Of a DNA stretch of 33,279 nucleotides, positions 11,062 through 21,734 are shown one piece after another. Below the pieces are notes generated by a model. The model did not search any database and was not told the origin of the DNA. It saw only the letters and a program-made list of their open reading frames with translations. This DNA comes from Octopus bimaculoides (lineage: Eukaryota), in assembly GCF_001194135.2 (NCBI RefSeq), contig NC_068985.1, positions 46,903,593 to 46,936,871 of the forward strand, in the 5' to 3' direction. Every line of letters starts with the position of its first letter. Position 1 is the first letter of the stretch. Made by a program: the position numbers and the translations under genes.

Positions 11062-11385
11062 AAGGCACGCGGTTTAGTGGCTTGGAGTAGTTGGCTCACG
11101 ATAGGATGGTCCTGAGTTTGATACTCGACGGCGCTTTATGTCCCTGAGCGGGATACTTTATTTCACGTTGTTCCTCCCCACTCAACTGGCAAAAATGTGT
11201 AGTATCTGTAGTACAAAGGCCTAGTTTTGTCACATTATGTATCTCCCTGAAAATTATGTTAAGTTACACATGTCTATGGAGTGCTCAGCAACTTGCACGT
11301 TAATTTCACGAGTAGGCTGTTTCGTTGATCGGTTGACCTGGAACGCATGTAATCGACGGAACTCCGGTTTTATCATTCAAATACT
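11062..11385 (+). mobile_element. tRNA-derived SINE, family B
   Basis: Head GGCACGCGGTTTAGTGG...GAGTTTGATACTC, body TTTATTTCACGTTG...CACTCAACTGGC and 3' part GGAGTGCTCAGCAACTTGCACGTTAATTTCACGAG, which is homologous to 13270-13400 on the minus strand. Confidence 0.75.
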
Positions 11386-11680
11386 GTGTTTTGAATACGG
11401 AGCCCTATTTGTTTTCTGATTAGTTCAAAGATGAACTCCTTATTTAGTGTGAGATTCAAAACTCCATGTAAAGATAAATTAGTTTGACAGAGACTTCAAG
11501 TTTCAATTGACGGTATATTCAGAGAGACTTTCATCAAATAAGTCTCTTGCTACTCTGAGTTTTATCTGTGCGAGTAGACAGGGTCTTCAGGCAGGTCACA
11601 TGACTCGTTCGATGTACTCTGGGCACTTACAGGTGAAACTCAGCAAAGGATGAGACTGAATCGAACAGTTTAAAAATATA

Positions 11681-11899
11681 CAGTAATCCCTCGCCTTATC
11701 ACGGTTCACCTATCACGGTTTATTATTTAAGCTTACGTCGATTCCTCTGTGTTGTTGTTTTGCATTTATGATAAAATAAATATATACAAATTATAAAAAT
11801 ATTAAAAACATACACTACAGTACAGTTTCTACTTCGCGGATTTTCACCTATCGCGTGGAGTCTTGGAACATAACATCCGCGATAGCTGAGGGATTACTG
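11681..11899. mobile_element. pogo/Tigger-type MITE
   Basis: Perfect 12-bp terminal inverted repeats CAGTAATCCCTC (11681-11692) / GAGGGATTACTG (11888-11899), with TA on both sides (11679-11680, 11900-11901) and an AT-rich non-coding interior. Confidence 0.85.
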
Positions 11900-12046
11900 T
11901 ATTGATAACCTCAGAACAATGATCGATCGTCTACAAAGCTCACGTGAAACCCCCAGTGGAATTTTACTCTCAATTTTGGGATGGCGCTGCTCAATTGCTG
12001 CTGTTGCTCCTTTTGCTGTTGTTATTGCTGCTATATATACAGACAT

Positions 12047-12423
12047 CAAGGCCGGATTAAGACCCACAGAGGCGCTAAGCACTTAAAAGAATTTGGTGTC
12101 TCCATATATATGTAATTCAAAATATAAACAATAACAAACCATAAAATAAATTTTGGAAAATAATGTCCCACTTTATTTATATTAGAAAAGATTTCTCCTA
12201 CTCTTTTTTTTTAATTGTAAAATCTCTGATCAGATCCTCACAGTGTGACTCTATGAGCACTTCAAAATTATATCTCCAATCACATAAACCACTTCAAATA
12301 TTATATTAGCAAGTTTAAATTATTTTTTTTGTGCTGTAAACCATTTACCATTTCTGTGGTGCCCCACTTACCCTTGATGTCCTAAGCACATGCTTATATT
12401 ACTTAATGGCTAATCCAGTGCTG
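12047..12423 (-). mobile_element. hAT-superfamily non-autonomous element, complete
   Basis: Degenerate terminal inverted repeats CAAGGCCGGATTAA (12047) / CTAATCCAGTGCTG (to 12423). The 8-bp target-site duplication is ACAGACAT (12039-12046) / ACAGATAT (12424-12431), 7 of 8 identical. The minus strand encodes the hAT C-terminal remnant EDLIRDFTIKKKSRRNLF*. Confidence 0.8.
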
Positions 12424-12959
12424 ACAGATATCCTATGCCTGATGCAAAGAGAAGTTCTCGACTGATTTGAAGGAAGCCGCTTACCTATACAGCCCAACCT
12501 CTTGCTTACAAAAGAGCTATTTCCTATCTCTTACTTTTTTATCGCTACTGAAATAGTTTCTGCTCTTTGAAACTGGCTAGTCTCCTGCCGCCTTCACTCC
12601 AGCACNNNNNNNNNNNNNNNNNNNNNNNNNNNNNNNNNNNNNNNNNNNNNNNNNNNNNNNNNNNNNNNNNNNNNNNNNNNNNNNNNNNNNNNNNNNNNNN
12701 NNNNNNNNNNNNNNNNNNNNNNNNNNNNNNNNNNNNNNNNNNNNNNNNNNNNNNNNNNNNNNNNNNNNNNNNNNNNNNNNNNNNNNNNNNNNNNNNNNNN
12801 NNNNNNNNNNNNNNNNNNNNNNNNNNNNNNNNNNNNNNNNNNNNNNNNNNNNNNNNNNNNNNNNNNNNNNNNNNNNNNNNNNNNNNNNNNNNNNNNNCGA
12901 ATATTGCACTTATTCCACATTCCTGTTGGATAATGTAAAGTAACTCGAATTTACATATA

Positions 12960-13268
12960 TCTTCGTGGTAGTCCCTCGATCACTGATGAAGACATAGCCT
13001 GTGATTTCAGCAGTCAGCGGTGGGAACGCACGTGCCTCTGCAGCCCCAAATCGGAAGCACACAAGCGCTCTCAGGTTAGACACTGGTAGTCTGTGATCAG
13101 GACTGAGGATGATGCGGCCCAGTGACGTCTGCCCCTTGCGGCTGTGGGGCGCTGCCATCTAAGCTCCTCAAAGGCGGCTACAACAGTGTTAATGATTGAC
13201 CTGCAAGTGGCCCTGTTTGTGGCTGCGGTCTCGTGTTTGCGAGACTGGATGCCACACCACCTTAGGTA
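12960..13268 (-). mobile_element. RTE-clade LINE 3' end (ORF2 C-terminus with zinc finger and 3' UTR)
   Basis: Minus frame YLRWCGIQSRKHETAATNRATCRSIINTVVAAFEELRWQRPTAARGRRHWAASSSVLITDYQCLT*ERLCASDLGLQRHVRSHR* (final stop 13016-13014). This is the typical RTE tail with a CxxC...HxxxH finger whose second Cys has mutated to TGA, followed by GAGGGACTACCACGAAG. Confidence 0.8.
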
Positions 13269-13269
13269 T

Positions 13270-13652
13270 ATTGTTGTTGGCACTCCGTCGGTTACGACGA
13301 CGAGGGTTCCAGTTGATCCGATCAACGGAACAGCCTGCTCGTGAAATTGATGTGCAAGTGGCTGAGCACTCCACAGACACGTGTATCCTTAACGTAGTTC
13401 TCGGGGGATATTCAGCATGTCACAGTGTGACAAGGCTGGCCCTTTGAAATACAGGTACAACAGAAACAGGAAGGAAGAGTGAGAGAAAGTTGTGGTGAAA
13501 GAGTACAGCAGGGTTTACCCCTCCTGCTGGAGCCTCGTGGAGCTTTAGGTGTTTTCACTCAATAGACACTCACAACGCCTGGTCTGGGAATCGAAACCGT
13601 GATCGTATGACCGCGAGTCCGCTGCTCCTACCACTGGGCCATTGCGCCTCCA
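13270..13652 (-). mobile_element. tRNA-derived SINE, family B (long variant), abutting the RTE 3' end
   Basis: Minus head GGAGGCGCAATGGCCCAGTGGTAGG...GGTTTCGATTCCC (A and B boxes), body homologous to 11260-11380, and an AAC-type tail CCAACAACAAT at 13280-13270. Confidence 0.8.
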
Positions 13653-14094
13653 CTTATGTATATTAGCTCAAACCTAAACGCAAAATCCAATCCATTTATA
13701 TTAGTAAAAAGATCTTCTAAACATACATACATACATAAGTATGTGTGCATACACACAAATGACACACACACTCACACACACACACACAAACGACGCACAC
13801 ACACACGCACACACACATACACACACATTAACGCACGTATAATGATTCTTCCAAAATCTACATATAAATAAATCTATGTTTATTTATATATAATTTGTAT
13901 GTACTTTGAAAGTATATAAATGGCGAACGAACGTGGATTTGTAGGGAAGGAAACATTCTGTGAAATCTAAGAAGGGAAAAAAACCCTACAGATATCTTAG
14001 AACTTGGTGCCATCGGGGATTTGAAAAACACGTTAGCTTATATCTGAGTTTATTTATGTCTCTCTGTCCCTGCCTGCCTGCCTGTCTGTCTGCC

Positions 14095-14132
<38 letters not shown>

Positions 14133-14171
14133 GCTTTATACACACACATATTGCCTATATGTATACATACA

Positions 14172-14205
<34 letters not shown>

Positions 14206-14669
14206 CATACATATGTATAGTCAATTATTTCCCGTGCTCCCTAGAAAATGAATTTCAAAGAAACGTTAACATGACTATATAGTGTGTTTTTTGTGTGTGG
14301 GGTGGTTGTGCGTAAATATAAGTGTACGTGTGTATGTGTGTATGTGTGTGTGTGTGTGTGCGCGCGCGTGTGCGCGTACGAGTATGTTTATGTTAAGATT
14401 TACTTTGTAATGATTATATATTTACTTATGTATACATGAACATGCGTATATATGTTTATACGAGTCTGTATAATTATAGTTATATCGACACAGTTACTTC
14501 AGTGTTACTTTATTTAGCGACTCCAAAAAGACGAAAAAACAAAGTTGCCCTCAGTGGTGTTTGAANNNNNNNNNNNNNNNNNNNNNNNNNNNNNNNNNNN
14601 NNNNNNNNNNNNNNNNNNNNNNNNNNNNNNNNNNNNNNNNNNNNNNNNNNNNNNNNNNNNNNNNNNNNN

Positions 14670-14785
14670 TTTAGCGACTCCAAAAAGACGAAAAAACAAA
14701 GTTGCCCTCAGTGGTGTTTGAACTCAGAATGTAATGATCTACTCGCTGTTCTTTTCGACGCTCTAAAACAAATTTGCTAATCCAC
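14670..14785 (-). mobile_element. Family A SINE, degenerate 5' part
   Basis: Plus-strand AAAGTTGCCCTCAGTGGTGTTTGAACTCAGAATGTAA parallels AAAGCTGACCTCGGTCAAATTTGAACTCAGAAGGTAA at 2943-2980. Confidence 0.55.
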
Positions 14786-14809
14786 CATCATATATGAGTA
14801 GAGGCGCGT

Positions 14810-14980
14810 GGCTCAGTGGCTTAGTGGTTAGGGTGTTGGACTCATGATCGTAAAATTATGGTTTTGATACCTGAACCAGTCTGCACGTTGTGTTCTTGAG
14901 TAAAACATTTCATTTTGTGTTGCTCCAATCCACTCAGCTTGTAAAAGTGTGACGGACCGGCGTCCCGTCAGTGAGGGTAT
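14810..14980 (+). mobile_element. tRNA-derived SINE, family B-related 5' part
   Basis: GGCGCGTGGCTCAGTGG...GGTTAGGGTGTTGGACTCATGATCG...GGTTTTGATACC head, then GTTGTGTTCTTGAG...GTTGCTCCAATCCACTCAGC. Confidence 0.7.
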
Positions 14981-15324
14981 AATATGAAAATATATGATTC
15001 GGGAAGGATTTTTTCCTGTTTATTAATGATTTTTTTATTAATTAATACACAATGCGACTCCTTCACTCTTCCATATAACTTAAAAGTACATACGCAAGGT
15101 ATCAATCTTTTGAAATTTTTTATGGTTTGTCTCTTCTTTGTGACTTGTAACATTGGAGGGACTGTGTGAGGGAAATAGAAGACCCGGTAAGAATGTTTGG
15201 ACTCCATTAGAGACGGTCGTAGGCCAGATGCTTGTGTTTTGAGCTAGACAACGCATTAAGTACATCACATGGAGGGATAGATTTTCATCGGTTTCGACAA
15301 TGAACATCAAAACGTTCATTCAAT

Positions 15325-15460
15325 TGAATCACTTCGTCAATGAATTAGCCTGCAAATGGCTGAGTATTCCCAAGACACTTGTATTCTCAACGTAATTCTG
15401 GCCCAGAATCAGCGTGACACAGTGTGTGGTAAGGTTGTACTTTAGAATTACAAGTACAAT
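15325..15460 (-). mobile_element. Family B SINE 3' fragment
   Basis: TGCAAATGGCTGAGTATTCCCAAGACACTTGTATTCTCAACGTAATTC matches 13354-13400. Confidence 0.6.
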
Positions 15461-15990
15461 CCTACTGACGGACATCATTATAGCTTCCGTCTGACCAGTA
15501 TCACTCGATGCAAGGATGTAGAAAATATTTTCTAAAGAAGCTACGTTGTGGGATCAAATCTGGGACCCTGTAGTTGCGAAGTGAACTTTTTTGACTGTTC
15601 GACACGCTTTTTTTTTCTCTCTCTCTCTCTCTCTTTCACTTTTCCAATCCCTTCCCTTTTCTTCATGTACTAAAGAACGGGAGCGACTTTTGTTGCTTTT
15701 ATAAACTCGGAGACATTTTGAAAATTAATGTTAGGAACAATGTGGAAGACAAATATCGCGTGATTAGAGACAAAATAAGAGAACTGATAGCAGAAGCTGA
15801 TAGAAGAGAAATGAGAAAGAAAAAGAGAAAGAGAGGGAGGGAGAGAGAGAAAGAGAGAGAGGGAAAGGGAGAGAGGGAGAGATAGAGCGATGGAGAGAGA
15901 AAAAGAAAGAGAGAGAGATAGAGAAGTGAAAGCTTGGTGACAGAGAGGAGAGAAAGAGGGAGATATACACAAAACGGACAAAACTTACTC

Positions 15991-16036
<46 letters not shown>

Positions 16037-17149
16037 TCAAATACGGATTCAGCGGAGATTTGATTTTTTAAGTGAGCTTCTTCTAGCATATTGACAGACC
16101 GGTCACTGGTCAATCTTATATACACAAGTACTATAATCTTTTTAGGATCTCCCAAAAATTTTTTTCCTGAACCTTCTGATTCTTTTAATGTGCTAGTTTC
16201 CTGGTATTAAATTGATATTAATTAATNNNNNNNNNNNNNNNNNNNNNNNNNNNNNNNNNNNNNNNNNNNNNNNNNNNNNNNNNNNNNNNNNNNNNNNNNN
16301 NNNNNNNNNNNNNNNNNNNNNNNNNNNNNNNNNNNNNNNNNNNNNNNNNNNNNNNNNNNNNNNNNNNNNNNNNNNNNNNNNNNNNNNNNNNNNNNNNNNN
16401 NNNNNNNNNNNNNNNNNNNNNNNNNNNNNNNNNNNNNNNNNNNNNNNNNNNNNNNNNNNNNNNNNNNNNNNNNNNNNNNNNNNNNNNNNNNNNNNNNNNN
16501 NNNNNNNNNNNNNNNNNNNNNNNNNNNNNNNNNNNNNNNNNNNNNNNNNNNNNNNNNNNNNNNNNNNNNNNNNNNNNNNNNNNNNNNNNNNNNNNNNNNN
16601 NNNNNNNNNNNNNNNNNNNNNNNNNNNNNNNNNNNNNNNNNNNNNNNNNNNNNNTATATATATATATATATATACATACACAAAAAAAAAACGGAGAGAG
16701 GCAAAAGAAGAGAAAATCGGAATGAAAACCAACGCTGTGTGTGTTAGAGAGAGAGAGCGAGAGGGTGAGGGAGAGAGAGAAAGAGAAAGAGAGAGGTTGA
16801 TACAGATAGATTGATAAATAGACGTAGAGAGCGAAAGATAGAGAGGGGAAGAGGAAGGAGTTATAAAAGATAATTCAAGAAGACATGCAATAAAAGGAAC
16901 GATGTATGAAATATATTACGCTGTAAGAGAAAGTGGGAAAGAGAGAGAATTAACCTTTTTCTTCTTTTTTTTGTTTGTTTTGCCAACTATAAAAAGGAAT
17001 GAAATTGTGCATAAGATGATGGAAGGGAAGGGCGGAAATCAAAAGCGGTTTTTGATGTTTGGGCTGAGGTGAGTATCACAGAATATCATATCATTACGTT
17101 TGTGTTGATAGTCATCGACGAATATCAACAACAACACCACCCAGCTGCT

Positions 17150-17216
17150 GCTGCTGCTACTACTACTACCACTACTGCTGCTGCTGCTGCTACTGCTGCT
17201 ACTACTACTACTGTTG

Positions 17217-17270
<54 letters not shown>

Positions 17271-17277
17271 CTTACGC
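17150..17277. repeat. (GCT/ACT)n and (TATC)n microsatellites
   Basis: Directly visible tandem arrays. Confidence 0.95.
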
Positions 17278-17849
17278 TTGTATATAAATGTATGAATATG
17301 TATATATNNNNNNNNNNNNNNNNNNNNNNNNNNNNNNNNNNNNNNNNNNNNNNNNNNNNNNNNNNNNNNNNNNNNNNNNNNNNNNNNNNNNNNNNNNNNN
17401 NNNNNNNNNNNNNNNNNNNNNNNNNNNNNNNNNNNNNNNNNNNNNNNNNNNNNNNNNNNNNNNNNNNNNNNNNNNNNNNNNNNNNNNNNNNNNNNNNNNN
17501 NNNNNNNNNNNNNNNNNNNNNNNNNNNNNNNNNNNNNNNNNNNNNNNNNNNNNNNNNNNNNNNNNNNNNNNNNNNNNNNNNNNNNNNNNNNNNNNNNNNN
17601 NNNNNNNNNNNNNNNNNNNNNNNNNNNNNNNNNNNNNNNNNNNNNNNNNNNNNNNNNNNNNNNNNNNNNNNNNNNNNNNNNNNNNNNNNNNNNNNNNNNN
17701 NNNNNNNNNNNNNNNNNNNNNNNNNNNNNNNNNNNNNNNNNNNNNNNNNNNNNNNNNNNNNNNNNNNNNNNNNNNNNNNNNNNNNNNNNNNNNNNNNNNN
17801 NNNNNNNNNNNNNNNNNNNNNNNNNNNNNNNNNNNNNNNNNNNNNNNNN

Positions 17850-17877
17850 ACTACTACTACTACTACTACTACTTGTA

Positions 17878-17914
<37 letters not shown>

Positions 17915-17945
17915 GTAACTACTACTACTACTACTACTACTTGTA

Positions 17946-18009
<64 letters not shown>

Positions 18010-18010
18010 T
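17850..18010. repeat. (CTA)n microsatellite with three TTGTAA interruptions
   Basis: Directly visible. Confidence 0.95.
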
Positions 18011-18387
18011 TTATGCGATGATAATGATGGTGATGATAATAATGCTACTGATGGGTGGGGGGAGCTGACAGTGAGGCTGATGGTGATTTTGCTGTTGGGG
18101 GTAATGGCGACTGTAATGGCGACTGTAATGGCGACAACGATGCTGCTGATGTGGCCGCTGTTGCTGCTGCTGCTGATTATGGTCATTAAAATGCTATGCT
18201 AGTGATGATGAAGCCGAAGATGGTGATGGCGATGGGAAGGTGACGATGCTGACGCTAGTGATGGTGTCGACGGCAGAACTGATATAGGTAATGACAAATT
18301 TATTATTGCGACGATGATGTGATGCTGATGAGGAACGATGGCAATTCGGATTAAAGTCGAGGAAAATCGCGTGAAAGAATTTAGAAC

Positions 18388-18438
<51 letters not shown>

Positions 18439-18589
18439 CATATACTAACACACAAACACGATGACGATGACGATAATGGTGATGATGACATCGATGAAGT
18501 TCACTATAATGATAATCGCAGACATATATGCATGCAAACACACACACCCACTTATCTATCTATCTACACAAAGAAGAGAGAGTAAAGAG

Positions 18590-18725
18590 TATATACATAC
18601 ATATGAATATATAAATTATGCACAAGCATACATGCATCTACGCATGTTTATATATATTTATATATATCTTATATCTTACATATACATATATACATACATA
18701 CATACATACAAATATATATGCATAC

Positions 18726-18759
<34 letters not shown>

Positions 18760-18887
18760 TATATATCTTACACACACACTTATATGTATACATATATATA
18801 TATATTATATATGTTTATATATTATATATAGATACATATATATATTTATATATATACATATATATTATATATGTATATATATGTATA

Positions 18888-18955
<68 letters not shown>

Positions 18956-19045
18956 TATATATGTATATTATATCTATACATATACATGCATTCATAAATA
19001 CATACATATGTATACACATATATATATATATGTATATATACCTTC
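18590..19045. repeat. Compound (TA)n/(TACA)n low-complexity tract
   Basis: Directly visible. Similar tracts lie at about 6500-6770, 9810-10130, 19540-19680, 26875-26935 and 29360-29480. Confidence 0.9.
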
Positions 19046-19555
19046 TGAAAATTACCCTAAACTAAGCAAAGAAAATGAAAAAGGCAATACCGCGTGCTTT
19101 GCTAAGAGTGTGCTTTGGCAGGGGTTTACTTTGGTTAGGGTAGAGATTACTTAGGAGGATGCATACTGAAGGGTCGGGTTGGGGATCGGGTATTATAAGG
19201 AGAAAAAAGTAGGTGAGTCTCTCAGACAACCAAATTGTTTACTCATACTTACATACACACGTATGCTACATGTTCGCTCACATATATATACGCATACAGA
19301 AGGAAACTATCTTTCTATCTAACTGCAACGCATGTATTAATACTTACACAAATTTGCATACACAAATTTACAAAGACACACACACGTGCGTATATGCATA
19401 TACATACATGCTCTCCTGTATTCAAGATTTCCCTACCTATGTATTTATATGTGCATACATACGCATCTACACGCAGTCAAACACATTTATACGAACATAT
19501 ATAGAGTCGTCTTACTACTAATACATACATAAAAATATGTATGTTTGTATGTATG

Positions 19556-19615
<60 letters not shown>

Positions 19616-19990
19616 CATAAATACATACTGTGTAAATATATATATGTATATATTTATACATACATACATACATACATATAAGCACCATCTCCTACTGCCT
19701 GTATATTTGCTGAGAACTTTCCAATGAGATAAAAGAGGCAAGCTGGAAAAAGTAAGTCACTGTTGCGAGATTGAACGATAAGTAAAATAAAAGACATGAA
19801 AGAATGGAGACAGATTGGGAGTAAGACTTACAGACTGACGGACGAACAGACCGGCAGACAGACAGACAGACAACGCAGACGGAAAAGCAGATGTATGGAA
19901 GATTAATGTTAAAGCGATCGTAGCAATAAAATAGGGCCTAGAGAAAATATCTCAGCCAACCAGCATGTGTTAAACGATATCCCTTCCTAC

Positions 19991-20037
<47 letters not shown>

Positions 20038-20150
20038 ACAAAGAATATGTATGCATGTATACCCACATATATGTACATACATCTACATGTGTATATAGAT
20101 GCACATCAGGGTACAGGACGTTAGAAAAATGAACTACAGACAACGGAACG

Positions 20151-20212
<62 letters not shown>

Positions 20213-20599
20213 CATGTCCACATAAGCACATGAGTTTGTGTACATGTATGTCTATACACGTACATCTATACATACAGTCAAATATATACCTGTGCGCACG
20301 TAGGAGAATGTGCAGTGTGCTCAAACTGTCACATGCATAAATGTATATTTATGTAAATCTCTATCTATCCAAGAAGCATCCACATGTTACAGTTAAACAT
20401 CTATAGGTCTATCTGCGGAAACTATGATACAAAAAAATGTTGTAATTTATGATAGAAGGGATACCTAAAACGTCTATATTAGTTTTCAGGAGATAGTATT
20501 TACTTTTCGCTTTCAGATTTAAGTAATTTCGGTATCAAATAAGGAGTGACGATTAATTAAGATTACATATACCATTAAATGCAATTAAATACGAATTTC

Positions 20600-21095
20600 C
20601 GGCTTATAACAACTTTTTTTTACAGTTTTTGCATAATCTAGCACATTCTTGGTGTTGCGCCAAACAGCCTGGGGAATTTCAATAACGCCCCAATCCAACT
20701 AATGAGTCATAGTCTCAAACTGCTTGTTGAACTGTTTCTATAGTCCCTGAAAAAGGTATTCTACATTATACCTTTAATTCACTTTGGTATCTCAGGTTAT
20801 ACCAAATTCAACCCTGTGGCCAATTAAAACATTTCTGCAAGCTATCTATGAATTTGAAGAACTTTGATAAATTTTCTTTTGTTTTCATTATATCATTGGG
20901 CTTTGGTGAACTCTTAAGCAATTTTCCAGAACTGCATCAGGATTGTTTGGAAAAACCCAGCAGGAATGGTGTATATTACGTAACCTTTTCACAATTTTTA
21001 TCTTTATATTTGTCTATATCTTTTGTTTTTCAATGTTGCTGGCAATTTCTCTCCGCATATCCAGTGGAACAATTGAATACAACCTGAGTATCTGG
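20600..21095 (-). mobile_element. Decayed I-group (Ingi/Vingi-like) LINE 3' region
   Basis: Minus frame RLYSIVPLDMRREIASNIEKQK (compare the recalled LYLLSGIAPPEIRRKVAADKERWK), then QFETMTH*LDW (compare EQTMxHLLxC) and NTKNVLDYAKT (compare ATxNALDVAKYW), followed by a short A run. Confidence 0.5.
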
Positions 21096-21174
21096 TTTTT
21101 ATATCAGCATGTATACATACATACATGCATACATACATACATACATACACACATACATACATATGTTCTGGTGA

Positions 21175-21345
21175 GGCACAGCATGGCTGTATGGTAAGAA
21201 GTTTGCTTTCCGACCATATGGTTCAGGGTTCAGTCCCACAGCGTGGCAACATGAGCAGTGTCTTCTCCTGTAGCCTCGAGCCAACCGAAACCTTGTGAGT
21301 GAATTTGCCACACGGAATCTGAAGGAAGCCTGTCGTGTCTATGTG
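21175..21345 (+). mobile_element. tRNA-derived SINE, family C, 5' half
   Basis: A-box TGGCTGTATGGT (21184-21195), B-box GGTTCAGTCCC (21227-21237), then GTGTCTTCT...AGCCTCGAGCC...CCTTGTGAGTGAATTTG. Confidence 0.75.
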
Positions 21346-21734
21346 TGTGTATATATATATTCACATGCTTATTTGATATTCTGACTTCAACTCCACCCAA
21401 GTTCGATTTTACCTCTGATCCTTCCAATGTCAATAAAACAATAAGAATCAAATGTTTGCGAACTTCACTACTGCAAAGCTCCTCTCGGCGCTTCAATGTT
21501 GTTTCAATGTAAAAAAAAAAAAAATAATAAATCAACAAAAGAAACAACAAATCAAGCAAAAATGTATATATATATACTATATATACATATGTTATATCTA
21601 TACATAAACACACACATATATATACATGCATTCATAAATGGATTTTATTTAGTTTCGTATTTTGAATTTAAATTTCGCCATCATCGACAAATGCATTTCC
21701 TTCTAACTGTACCGTACAAGGGTTATATTTAATG

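Noticed and set aside
14513-14722. Exact 53-bp direct repeat (14513-14565 = 14670-14722)
   Set aside because: Identical copies on either side of a gap; assembly artefact rather than a CRISPR or LTR repeat.
15286-15310. Minus-strand TTGATG...CGAAACCGAT hammerhead-like string
   Set aside because: The core has several substitutions and helix II is not formed; too degenerate to call.
18015-18360. GAT/GCT-rich stretch giving His-, Ser- or Asp-rich ORFs
   Set aside because: Cryptic trinucleotide simplicity next to pure microsatellites; no splice context or domain.
20620-21090. EGF-like repeats in one minus frame (CSTGYAERNC...)
   Set aside because: Too few cysteines and irregular spacing; another frame matches a LINE C-terminus better.
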